NCBI RefSeq assembly: GCF_009914755.1
Contig: NC_060933.1
Reading direction: 5' to 3' (one strand)
DNA: 64,000 nucleotides
Source of the DNA: the human T2T-CHM13v2.0 reference genome, Homo sapiens
The translations under genes were made by a program, and so were the position numbers. Numbering within the stretch: the first letter of the stretch is position 1; the number at the start of each line of letters is the position of its first letter. Below are positions 16,336 through 29,139 of the stretch, in pieces. Below the pieces are notes generated by a model that worked only from the letters and a program-made list of their open reading frames with translations, made no database searches and was not told the DNA's origin.

Positions 16336-18166
16336 ACTTTTCTTTTTCTTTTTTTTTTTGTTGTTGTTGTTGCTGTTGTTGTTGTTGTTGTGTCTCTGCC
16401 AAGTTTTGGAATCAAGATGATGCTGGCCTCACAGAATGAGTTAGGGAGGAGTTTCTCCTGAATTTTTTGCAGTGCTTTCAGTAGGAATGGTATTAGCTCT
16501 TCTTTATACAGATGATAAAATTAAGTTCTGAATCCATCTGGTCCCAGGCTTTTTTTTGTTTGGCAGGCTTTTTATTACTGATTCAATTTCAGTACTCATT
16601 ATTGGCCAGTTCAGGGATTCCATTGCTTCCTGGTTCAGTCTTGGGAGGTTATATGTGTCCAGGAATTAATCAATTCTTCTAGGTTTCTAGCTTGTGTCCA
16701 TAGTGGTGTTCATAGTAGTTTCTGAGGGGTTTTTTTTTTTCCTGTGGGGTCAGTGGTAACATCCCGTTTGTCATTTTTGATTGCGTTTATTTTGGATCTT
16801 CTGTTTTCTTTATTAGTATAGCTAGTGGTCTATCTATCTTAATAATTTTTTTCAGAAAACAAACTCCAGGATTTGCTGATCTTTTGTATGGTTTTCACTT
16901 CTCAATTTCCTTCATTTCAGCTTTGATTTTGGTTACTTCTTGTCTTCTGCTAGCTTTGGGGTTGGTTTGCTCTTGTTTCTCTAATTCCTGTCGTTGTGAT
17001 GTTACAGCGGTAATTTGAGATCTTTCTAACTTTTTGATGTGGGGGTTTAGTGTTATAAACTTCCTTCTTAACACTGCCTTAGCTGTAGGACTGGGCAAAA
17101 ATTTCATGTCAAAGACAAAAACAAAGCTTGACAAATGGGACCTAATTAAACTAAGGGACTTCGGCACAGCGAAAGAAACTATCAACAGAGTAAACAGTCT
17201 ACCAAATGGGAGAAAATATTTGCAAATTATGCATACAACAAACGTCTAATATCCAGAATCTATAAGGAATTTAAACAAATTCACAAGCAAAACATAAACA
17301 ACCCAATTAAAAACTGGGCAAATGACATGAACAGACACTTTTCAGAAGAAGACATACACATGGTCCATAAGCATATGCAATAATGCTCAACATCACTAAG
17401 CATTAGATAAATGCAAACCAAAACCACAGTGAGATATCATCTCACACCAGTCAAAATGGCTATTACTGAAAAGTCAGAAAATAGCAGATGCTGGTGCAGT
17501 TACAGAGAAAATGGAATGCTTATACGCTGCTGGTAGGAATATAAGTTAGTTCAGCCCTTGTGGAAAGCAGTTTGGCAATTTTTGAAAGAACTTAAAACAG
17601 AATTACCATTTGATCCAGTTATCCCATGACTCAGTATATACCCAAAGAAATATAAAATGTTCTACCTTAAAGACACATGCATGCATGTGTTCACTGCAGC
17701 ATTATCCACAATAGCAAAGACGTGGATCAACTTAAATGCCCATACTTGATAGACTGGATAAAGAAAATACGGTACACATACACCGTGAAACACTATGCAG
17801 CCATAAAAAATGAATAAGATCATGTTCTTTGCAGGAATGTGGATGGAGCTTGAAGTCATTATCCTAAGTGAACTAACATTGAAAAAGAAAACCAACTACT
17901 GCATGTCCTCACTTGTATGTGGGAGCTAAACATTGAGTACATATGCATGCAAAGAAGGGAACAAGAGACATCAAGGCCTACCTGGTGGTGGAGGGTGGGA
18001 GGAGGATGAGGACGGAAAAACTGCCTTATCAGTTACTGGGTTTATTACCTGGGTGACGAAATAATCTTTACCTCAAACCCCTGAGACATGCAACTTACCT
18101 GTGTAACAAACCTGCACATGTACCCCTGAAGCTAAAATAAAAGTTAAAGATAAAAAATAAAAAAAG
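16336..18166 (+). mobile_element. 5'-inverted (twin-primed) L1PA13-16; inverted part 16336-17086, sense part 17087-18166
   Basis: 14-bp TSD aaaatactcc(c/t)tga at 16322-16335 and 18167-18180; ORF2 in opposite orientations either side of 17086; older L1PA 3' UTR. Confidence 0.9.
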
Positions 18167-18825
18167 AAAATACTCCTTGAGAATGATGTGGGCAGTAGGG
18201 AAAAAATTTGGGTTCGTTATTGAAAAGCAATAATTTATGCATAAGGAGACCCCAATTGTTTTGATCTTGTATCTAAGTTATGTTTATCTCAGTGAATTCT
18301 TGGCCTAATGACCTTTCTATTCCTCAATTAACACATTTAGTAAGGATTATAGTATTGGTCAACCTCTCCATTTGGAAGAAAGTGGAATGCATAGATGAAT
18401 TTGTCTTAGATGAGCAGCTTATTAATTTAGAGTAAAAGATATGTCACAACCAATTCTAGGACTAGGACATTTTCATTGCTGTCACTCATAGGTTATTTAA
18501 AAGGTGCTAAAAAACTTTGAAAAGTGAAGCAACTTGTATTAAAATCTGAATTAGTTCAGGTGACCTTCAGAAACCAATCACTTTAAATCACATTTCTACC
18601 TTGCTGTGATAAAAAAATCTGCATGTAATGGGAAAATTTAATCACTAATAACAGATATTTTTAGCTATATAAATCAGTTCAAAGAGCAATAATTGAGCAT
18701 TGCTGTGTACCAGGCATATTGAAGGTAATCAAAATAAAGAAAACTTAGTGTCTGATCTTAGGCATTATTATTTAAGTAAACAAGCTGGATAAATCTTACT
18801 TCAAGGAGAGGACTCTAGGAAAGCC

Positions 18826-18849
18826 TTTTTTTTTTTTTTTTTTTTTTTT
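18826..18849. repeat. Poly(T) run
   Basis: Seen directly. Confidence 0.9.
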
Positions 18850-19339
18850 CAAATAAATGGAGTATGACTGGCTTTCTGGCTGCCAGAGAGGAGGATAGTA
18901 AATGGAGATTTTGCTCAGTGTTCCTATGATAGGTTAGTTGGGTTTGTGTGGGCTAACATATACCTCCAAAATACTGGGGAGCACATTCTGATCAGTCCAA
19001 TAGTCAGCAATGTTACACAGAGAGGTCCTTCTGCTTGATGTGATGATTCCTTCTTTTTCAAACCATTGTCAACTTTTCTCTGGGGCCAACATAGCCTGGC
19101 GACAGGAAACAGCATACTAAATCCTGCCACTGTGACTGAACGTGGAGATAGAGAAATGCTTCGTAGGAAACCCAGATGCAAAGGTGTTTGCTTTCACAAT
19201 TTCTAGAGGAAGAAGTTGACTGATCAACTGAAACTACCCAATTTGCTTAATCTTTTGAATTTTGTTCTTCTTATGCTTTCGATAACTACATTAAACAAGG
19301 TTAAACATCTCTAACCACCTGAGTATGAAAATGAGAAGG

Positions 19340-19800
<461 letters not shown>

Positions 19801-21319
19801 TTAAATTCCATGTATAAATAAGATTAGCTTTTTTTACCTCCTTCAGCAGAAAAGACCAATGAATACAATCACTAATTGAAGTTCTCTTTGTTTGCCAACT
19901 TTTTAATTAATTGAAATTAGTATGACTCCTTGTCCTCTCAGTATCTTGAACAATTGTTGGCATATAATAGTGCTAATTGCTTGCATAAATAGATGAATGC
20001 TCTGGTGAAAGTAGACACTTTCATCATTTCCAATCCCTACACTCTAAATCCTGACCTATTATTTATATTTAAGTCCCTTATTTTCTATGAAGGCTCACCT
20101 CATCTCATTCTTTAACACAGTGGTTCTCCTTCCCTTGGACCTTGTGTAAACTATCTTTTTTATATTTTTTATTGGCATCTAGAAATGACGGTGATTTACC
20201 TTTTCTGCTTCTGGGAATTTATCATTAAGGCAAATTTTAAAATACTGGGCAAGTTCTTTTGAAAGATGTTTATTGCATTGTTATTTTTAAGAGTGAAGCT
20301 GCTATACCTTGCTTCAATAGCTTAAGAGTACAAAGTAAGATAAAATCTTTTAACTTCACATCCAACGCATCTGAGCTGCTATCCTGCTTTCTCTTCCCAG
20401 AGTTCCTCTTCCAAGTTGAGGACAAGGTGTCCAGGCATATTTATTGAGCCCATAAAAGTTGTTATTATAACTTCATGGAAAAAGATCTGTAAAATCTATT
20501 CACTTCATCAAAAGACTTGTTCTCTGTAGCTGTTAGTGTTGTCACCATGATACGGAATTACTTCTGAAAAAAGGAAGTTCAAAATTATGGCCTTGACCAT
20601 TGCTGGAATCACCATGGTAAACAAGGAACCCAGCTGTTACCAACTTGGCAATTGTTTCTTTGTGTGCAGGGCCAGAAGATACTTTTCCTTCCCAGGTGAC
20701 ATTATTGTATGCTTGCTTCATACCAAAATATACATGGGCTCCCAAATGTTACAATTGTTAGTGACTAGCTCATTCAGTGCATGCACCTGGCTCTTTTTCC
20801 CAAGGCACACCATAGTGGCTGCATACTGAGGGGCTTCAGCCTCAGCCAAATGTTGCATAAACAGCTCTTTCTTACAAAATTCTAGAGCTCGAGGTTGGTC
20901 CAAAGTTTACATATTTTTTCAAATGAGTTTTCTCTTAGGGGCGCCTGTTTCTTTCCCATGATCTGGCTTCACATAGATTCTGATAGAGTTAAGCATCCTA
21001 AGGAAAAGGCTCTTCTTCTTTTAGAAATTTCCTTGACTGTATATAACTCTTTAGGGCAGCTGGCTTTGTGGGAGAGGAGCATTGCTTAATTCCATCAACT
21101 ACCTGTATTTTAGGTCCTAGACACTTATATATTAAAAAAAATCTGCAATAGTCTTAGATAGATGCATGCTGCTTTATGTTGTAAACTGAAGCGTCATTCA
21201 TTTTACCCTCTCCAAACCAAGGTTCTTTCCAAGGTAACTGATATCTTTACCAGGAAACTACTAACAACTTTTACACAATATTTTCCTCACTGAAATGTTG
21301 TAGGTAGCCTCACTTGGGA

Positions 21320-21520
21320 CATTGCTACACTAGTATACAAAATGGAAACAATTCAAAGGTCCAAAAATAGGATCTTAAGCATGTAAAGTGGTTGGTACAC
21401 TTATTCAATTTGATATTATGCAAGCATTAAAATTAAAGTTATGAAGACTTTATAATGATATTAAAAATGCTATGAGTTACTAAGTGATAGAAGCAGAGGT
21501 TAAGTCACAAATCTGTATAC
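21320..21520 (+). mobile_element. L1ME 3' fragment
   Basis: 'aaaatggaaacaattcaaaggtcca...tattatgcaagcattaaaa'. Confidence 0.55.
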
Positions 21521-21861
21521 ATTTCACTATCTATTCCAAGATACATAATGTAACCACTTTGACGTATTTTTAATTTTTGGAAGTCCATTACTAGAAAGTC
21601 CTGGATTGATCAAATGCACACACAAAATCTAGAGAATGACGTAATACAGTTCCTGGCTTTTCACCTCAAATCACTTTTAGGTCCATTATGAGTCCGTTTG
21701 GATGGAGATCAAGAAGTCTTTTCTGTCTTGGGCTGCTCTGTTTTCCTGTTCCCTTAATGTCCCATTATCTTCACTCTTTGGCTATTCAGGGTTAAACTTC
21801 TTGTTCCTCTTGGCTCACTGAAGTGCTGTTTAGTTTGCCATTTTTCTAAAAGCTGGTGCAC

Positions 21862-21864
<3 letters not shown>

Positions 21865-21893
<29 letters not shown>
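21865..21893. repeat. (TG)n microsatellite
   Basis: Seen directly. Confidence 0.95.
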
Positions 21894-21895
<2 letters not shown>

Positions 21896-22414
21896 ATCTC
21901 AAAGACACATCTCACTCCTGCCTTATGGACAAGCATCCATAATACAAACACATTTTTAAATACTAAGATAATCAACTTCTTAGAATGTCATTGTTCTCTT
22001 TGTTTTGCTTCTATTTTGCTAACGTGGTTGGGGTCTTTATGGACCCTTACATTTCTACAAAAACTAATGAGATAAGAAGGAAGCCCCATCTTCCCATATT
22101 TAGTAGGGGTGGGATCAGAAAGGAATCTTACCAGAATATTTATAGTACTTTTATTAGATAGCAAATTGCATTTCATTTTTCCATTTTTCCCTGATTTCCA
22201 AAGTGTATTTATGTTTTATATTACTTTCACGTCAAAGAAAAACATGCAAGAGGAAATTATGGAAACTTAGAGAATGAAAAAACTTTTTTTTTTTTATTGA
22301 TAAGGAAGTTGAATTCCAGGTCAATTAAAAGAGGTATCCAAGGTAAGTGTTGATGACAAAACCTAAATTCTTAAAACAGCTCCACCATTTTCTAGCTTTA
22401 TTACATAGAGAACT

Positions 22415-22566
22415 CTGTTTTCCTTTCCGCACCTCAGTTTTCTCATTTACGAAATGAGGCTAACTGGTTAGGTTGTGGTTTCTATGCAGTTTACCCATGA
22501 TATGGCACATGTAAAGTGTTTAGCACCAATTCTGTCACATAATGGGTAATGGATACATGCTATTTC
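22415..22566 (+). mobile_element. MIR
   Basis: Core 'cctcagttttctcatttacgaaatgagg...catgtaaagtgtttagcac'. Confidence 0.7.
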
Positions 22567-22899
22567 CCTTCCCTCCTGGTTGTATAAATTCCTGGTGCAG
22601 AGCCTTACCAGCATACCAGCAAGAATCCCCTCTTGAGTCACTGTAATTACTCTGCTTTATTAAACTTATATACAGTGTCTTCTGTTATGGGCTAAATTGT
22701 ATCCACCCAAAATTTATATATTCAAGCCCTAACTCCCAGTACCTCAGAATGTGACATTGGAGGTAAGGCCTTTAAAAGGTAATGAGGGGCCTGACATGGT
22801 GGCTCATGCCTGTAATCCCTGCACTTTGGGAGGCCGAGGTGGGCGGATCTCTGGAAGCAAGAGTTCAAGACAAGCCTTGCCAACGTGGTGAAGTCCTGT

Positions 22900-24310
22900 T
22901 GAGAGGTGACAGCCTGCTGGCAGTCCTCACAGCCCTCGCTCGCTCTCGGCACCTCCTCTGCCTGGGCTCCCACTTTGGCGGCACTTGAGGAGCCCTTCAG
23001 CCCACCGCTGCACTGTGGGAGCCCCTTTCTGGGCTGGCCAAGGCCGAAGCCGGCTCCCTCAGCTTGCAGGGAGGTGTGGAGGGGGAGGCGCGAGCAGGAA
23101 CCGGGGCTGCGTGCAGCGCTTGTGGGCCAGCTGGAGTTCCAGATGGGCGTGGGCTTGGCGGGCCCGCACTCAGAGCAGCGGGCCGCAACTAGGGGCTTAG
23201 CACCCGGGCCACCGGCTGCGGAGGATGTACTGGGTCCCCCAGCAGTGCCGGCCCACCGGTGCTGCGCTCGATTTCTCACCGGGCCTTAGCTGCCTTCCCG
23301 CGGGTAGGGCTCGGGACCTGCAGCCCGCCATGCTTGAGCCTCCCACCCCCTCCATGAGCTGTGTGTGGCCCGAGCCTCCACGATGAGCACCGCCCCCTGC
23401 TCCACAGCGCCCAGTCCCATCGACCACCCAGGGGCTGAGGAGTATGGGCGCATGGCACGGGACTGGCAGGCAGCTCCACCTGCAGCCCCGGTGCAGGACC
23501 CACTGGGTGAAGCCAGCTGGACTCCTGAGTCTGGTGGGGAGGTGGAGGACCTTTATGTATAGCTCAGGGATTGTAAATACACCAGTGGGCACTCTGTATC
23601 TAGCTCAAGGTTTGTAAACACACCAATCAGAACCCTGTGTCTAGCTCAGGGTTTGTGAATGCACCAATCCACACTCTGTATCTAGCTACTCTGGTGGGGC
23701 CTTGGAGTACCTTTGTGTGGACACTCTGTATCTAGCTAATCTGGTGGGGAGGTGGAGAACCTTTGTGTCTAGCTCAGGGATTGTAAACGCACCAATCAGC
23801 GCCCTGTCAAAACAGACCTCTGGGCTCTACCAATCAGCAGGATGTGGGTGGGGCCAGATAAGAGAATAAAATCAGGCTGCCCGAGCCAGCAGTGGCAACC
23901 CGCTTGGGTCTCCTTCCAGACTGTGGAAGCTTTGTTCTTTCTCTCTTTGCAATAAATCTTGCTGCTGCTCACTCTTTGGGTCCACACTGCCTTTATGAGC
24001 TGTAACACGCACCGCGAAGGTCTGCAGCTTCACTCCTGAAGCCAGGGAGACCAGGAGCCCACCGGGAGGAACGAACAATTCCAGACGCGCCACCTTAAGA
24101 GCTGTAACACTCACCGCGAAGGTCTGCACCTTCACTCCTGAGCCAGCGAGACCACGAACCCACCAGAAGGAAGAAACTCTGATCGCATCTGAACATCAGG
24201 AGGAACAAACTCCGGACACGCCGTCTTCAAGAACTGTAACACTCACCGCGAGGGTCCTCGGCTTCATTCTTGAAGTCAGTGAGACCAAGAACCCCCCAAT
24301 TCCGGACACA
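22900..24310 (+). mobile_element. LTR12C (ERV9/HERV9) solo LTR
   Basis: Starts TGAGAGGTGACAGC, ends CCGGACACA; perfect 4-bp TSD ctgt; CpG-rich U3, CCAAT repeats, U5 repeats. Confidence 0.97.
23550..23900 (+). promoter_or_regulatory. LTR12C enhancer/promoter core: CCAAT (NF-Y) repeats, GATA site, TATA-like AATAAA
   Basis: CCAAT at ~23623, ~23664, ~23792 and 23830; AGATAA at 23856; AATAAA at 23865. Confidence 0.7.
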
Positions 24311-26424
24311 CTGTCTCTACTAAAAATATGGAATTAACCAGGCATGGTGGTGCACCTCTGTAGTCCCAGCTACTCGGGAGGCTGAGGCACAAGAATCCCT
24401 TGAACTGGGGAGGCGGAGGTTGCGGTGAACCGAGATTGTGCCACTGCTTTCCAGAGTGAGACTCCATCTCAAAAATAAAATAAAGTAAAATATTAAAAAA
24501 TAAAATAAAAGGTGATTAGGTTAAAATGAAGGCATTAGGGTGGACACTAATACATTCTGACTGGTGCCCTTATAAAAGCAGAAAATTTGGTCACAGGGAG
24601 AGATACCAGGTAGTATGCACAGAGCAGAGACTATAGGAGACCACAGTGAGAAGGGGTCCAAAAAGAGATTTCTCAGGAGAAACTAGACCTACTGACACCC
24701 TCATCTTGGACTTCCAGCCTTCAGAGCTGAAAAATAAAGTTTTGGTGTTTAAGCCACCCAGTTCATGGTATTTTTGTAATGGCAGCCCAGGCAAACTAAT
24801 ACACCTTTCATCTTTAAATAAAAGTTAGACTGCTTAAAGGAAAATACTGCATTATACTCATTTGTAATGATAGCAAATGATCAATAATTTCCTGAAAAAA
24901 CTGATTTTTATTAAGTGTGGAAACATTGTTTTATATTTCTTTGAGTTCTCCCATGGAGACCTAGCTATTGAGGTTATTGGCAACTATAATGTGATAATGA
25001 GGATTATCAGTAATCTTTTTTTTTCCTTTTGCAAAAAGTGAGTAGAATTGTGCTTTTTATGAAGTCATAGGAGTAAATTCATTTAGAGCTGAAAAGATTA
25101 TTCCTTATTGCCTGTACAGACATAGGTAGAGATAATTAAATCTGTAAATGTAATTTCTAAAATTAAGATTAATGACCAGGAATGTATGATTCCCTCATAT
25201 GCTGATGACCTCATGTTGTCTGAGGCTAAATGTTAGGGCTTCTCAATATCTTTGTATTAATGACTATGATTGAGTTATTTTAAATGTAGTCAGGATACAA
25301 GATTAACTTGTCTATGTTGGAAGTTTGTCTTGTATTTTTCAGAGGATCAAAAATAGGCAATCATAAAACGATAAAGTCAAAGGATTTTTTTACTGAGCTT
25401 TAAAAATTGCATTTGATTCTCATTTTTTGAATTGTGGGAAATGTGGGAAAAACTGAGTTATCTTAATTAATTTATGGAAGGGACATCAAGAGATGAAAAA
25501 GTTTTGCAAGGTTTTCAACATTTGCCAAGCCTAAAGCTCAAATGCAAAGTTAGCGTAAATGAGAAATGCTCTGAACAGTAGGTTATCAAGTTTATTAATG
25601 AGAAAAATGCAGAAAATAGTGCTTAAATAAGTGAGAAGGCTACTTCTTTCTGAGCAGAAATGTTGTTTGTATATCCTTTCAACAATGCAGGTACGTATAT
25701 ATGCATATATACAAGGAATATTTTTCTAATGTCTCATTATCTTAACTTGCTGAATAACCTTTGAATGTTAATTAAAACCTCAGAATCTCATTCACACATC
25801 TATAAATAAAAGATATTAAATAATCTTCAACATACCTTCTAACTCTAGAATTTTATAGTTTTATTGTATCCAGGGTTATGAATAAAAGAGGACAACAGAT
25901 GCAGTGTCACTTAGGGAGGCTACTTGTCACACACATTCTGCTGGCACCTTAATGACAATCTCTGCAGAAGGGGCAGTGACTAACTTATGAGTTTGAACAC
26001 CAAACCTATCCTTCAAATGGTGGGAGTTCTATTTCCTGCTGAATCTTCAGGACTAGAAGAATACTTGCAACACGGAAGACATCCAATACATTTGTCGGAT
26101 AAAGGAACAGATTAATATTTCGAGTGCTTTTTGGATTGTTATACTCTATTGTGGTGTAATTTCCCATATTTTTAAGGGTCATGTTTACATATGTCTAGTC
26201 AATTATATTTCGCTAGAGAGCTAGAGAATTAGAGAAACATGATCACTTGTTGCTGCTAAACTAAACTAAATGATCTGAAACATCAGCAACATTTTAAAGA
26301 ATCTTTTGTGGTGTTCCTCTCATATAGAAAACCAGAAAACTTTGTCTTGTCTTTCAATTTCTTCCTTCATATCTTCTATTTTCTTCTCTTATTTTTACCC
26401 AACTCTACTGTTGCTAGGGAAAGT

Positions 26425-26540
26425 ATGTATTGTCTGAATGTAAACTCTATGAAGGCAGAGGCACTGGCTGTCTTTTGAATACACCTAGGACATTGCCTAG
26501 CAATGATGATACTAAAAGATATTTGTTTAATGAATGAATG
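26425..26540 (+). mobile_element. L2 3' end
   Basis: 'gaatgtaaactctatgaaggcagagg...atttgtttaatgaatgaatg'. Confidence 0.7.
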
Positions 26541-29139
26541 GTAACATTTATAACCACAGAAAGATAAAATAATGTCTGGCTCACTTTTTACTAGTAATGG
26601 GGAAGGGTAGCCTGGAAGGAAGGGAGTCATGTATGTATGTACATTTATAATACATCAAGAGAGATATACTGTAATTTCCATTTTTTTTTTCAAAAAACAA
26701 GAACTCTTTGTGTCTCATTATTTTCTTGGTCAAGTTATAGTGAGAATGTTCATGAGAAAAAAAGGCCAAAATTTAAACTGCTCAAATTTCTAGCCATTCT
26801 TTTAAAAAGCTTGATTTCAAAAGGGTATATTGTAAATTTTAGCCATATGGAAAATAAGAATTGAAGACAACAGAATTATCCTCAGTATGAGTTGCCTCAG
26901 ACATGGTTCTTCTAGAGGGTAGCTTAGCAATGGCCTTCCCCTCAGGTAATTATCACAACATTTCTGTGCATGTCTGAGTGTGGTGCACGCTTTCTGTAAC
27001 TTAGGAGCCTGAGATAGCTGAAAAGCTATGCAAGTACAATAATCAGAATGGGAACCAGCCAGGCATTCTGACTCAAGAGGGATAAAAAGGAAATCAGCTG
27101 CCTAATGAGGCTCTTTCTTTACCCCCTGCCCTTGTGAAAAATAGAGGCTACAGTATTTCATTATGAATCTGTGTGCTTCGTTTCTCACCCTACCTTGGTT
27201 TGGGAATCAAAGGACATTTCTGTTAGGTCTCACCCTTGGAGCTCTCGTCCTTACTCATGCCTTGAACTATTATTACCTCTATGCAGGTGTCTTCCCAAAT
27301 CTGTGTTTCAAGTCACATCTTCCTCAGCCCTTGTCGTCACTGTCCTGCATTCCAACTAAACAATTTTTATTTTTATATATTGCCTATTTTGACGTATAGG
27401 TGCAGACTTTAAAAGAGTCAAAATTATATACAATATTTCATTTTTTTCTCAAAAAGTAAATTATTAAACTTAATGAACTGGACTTTTATATTTTTCTTCT
27501 TAGCAGATGTGTTGCAAAAGATCAAACTTTTTTGTTTTTTTAGAAGTAGGGAGTGTCAGAGCAACTTGCTGGCTTTCTTTTTTTATTTCCTAAATAAAAG
27601 CACTGAGTAAGTGTGGCATGTACATCACTTTAATGTTGAGACTGCAGAGTCATATTGAAGAGATTTATTCTCTCCTTGAATTCGACTCTGAAAATAGCTT
27701 GTACTAACATCAGGAACTTTGCATCCTCATCTTCGTAATCATATGGTTCCTACAGTCAGATTTAAGACAGAGAGTTTATTGCAGCTGAAAAAATTATTTT
27801 AAAATGTGAAAGACTAGTTGTTTACTAAGACTTTTCCATAATACACGTGAAGTTTATATCCAAGAAGCATGTTTTTGATCAAGTATATCTAGGCATTATT
27901 TATATGTTTCAGAAATTCTTAAATATTTGTGTATATATGTCTCAGAAATTCTTAACTTTTATAAACTGCAACTTAGTCATTCTGGTTTTATATCAAGTCT
28001 TGCTGAGATATTTCCTTTACCTGCCCAAATCCTAGATTTAAATGAGTTTGAAATATATTTAATTTACACCCATCTATGTTATAAAAATATTTGAAAGGTA
28101 TATGATCCATGGTGTTGAAACTTTACTTCTGCAGGGAATAATGTCCTTCTGGAGGGACTTTCTCACTTACAAGGTGATTTTCTCCACCACGGCTATCAAT
28201 CCTTCCTTACCATGGTAGTAATGGTGGCAAAGGGAGGAGCTGAGTTTGTCTTTTTGGCCTTAGATTATCTAGATATGCATTTCTTCTTCTACAGCTATAG
28301 AAAGGAGATCATCTCCATTGCCATTTCTATACTGTAAGCATTCAAGACTCTGGACTTATTTTTGCCTAATTACATGGTTCCTCTCTACCTCAGTATGGTT
28401 GATTATGTATTCTATTTCCTTATGTAGTATGTCACACTGGCATCTCTCCATGAGGTAAGTGCTTTTCATCTACATAAAATGAGTCCCTTTTGCCATGGAG
28501 TTTCACCAGAAACTGACAACACTTGCCTATGGTTTAGCTGAACAACGTATATATTTTTATCATAAAAGATATCTTTTAAAAGTACTATATATTGAAATAG
28601 GAATCATTAAAATTTATTAAAAGAGATTTTAGAAGAGTTCCATGAAGATATTTGACAAGAATGTTTGACAGTATACTTTGGGAGAGACCGAAGTAAAGAA
28701 TTCCTCTACATAAGTTTCTTGGGAACCTGAGGTTTTCTCTCCTGTGCTATATTTAGATGTGTGGCATGTCTAATTTTCTGCTTCCATGCCTCACTGTTCT
28801 TCTAGTGCTTATCGTAATCCAGCTAAAGTGTCAGGCCGAAGTGTGGAGAAAACATTCTGTCCTGAGTAAGCCAACTTGCAGCTGTATGAGGACCCTCTGT
28901 GCCAGTCACCGTCATCCTACCATTCACCCATGCATTCCTGACATTCTAAACAGAAGTCGATAAATGTTTTCTCAGTAAAGTAATTCTGAAAACTTAATTC
29001 TAAATGTTGTATTAACTTAGCAAGACTTGAAGTGCCTGGAATGCTGGCCATGTAACTTGGTTGATCAGAGGGTACCAGCTACCAGTTCAATTTAAATAAA
29101 TGCAGTTCAGTTCAAGTCAGGCCAATTTGGTTCAATTAA

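Larger units (their letters stand above)
22788..24506 (+). mobile_element. AluS split by LTR12C (22788-22899 and 24311-24506)
   Basis: TSD aaaaggtaatgagg / aaaaggtgattagg; the halves join at ctgt|ctctactaaaaa. Confidence 0.9.
22683..24803 (+). mobile_element. MLT1B-like MaLR LTR hosting a nested Alu and LTR12C
   Basis: 'tgttatgggctaaattgt...cccagtacctcagaatgtgac'; ends 'gcagcccaggcaaactaataca'. Confidence 0.85.

Noticed and set aside
22722-24135. Cluster of GC-rich ORFs (up to 185 aa) on both strands
   Set aside because: All lie in the LTR12C/Alu block; long frames are expected from high GC content, and no protein motif is present
23550-24290. Regularly spaced repeats resembling a CRISPR array
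   Set aside because: These are the normal LTR12 U3 (CCAAT) and U5 subrepeats; the context is eukaryotic, with no unique spacers or cas genes
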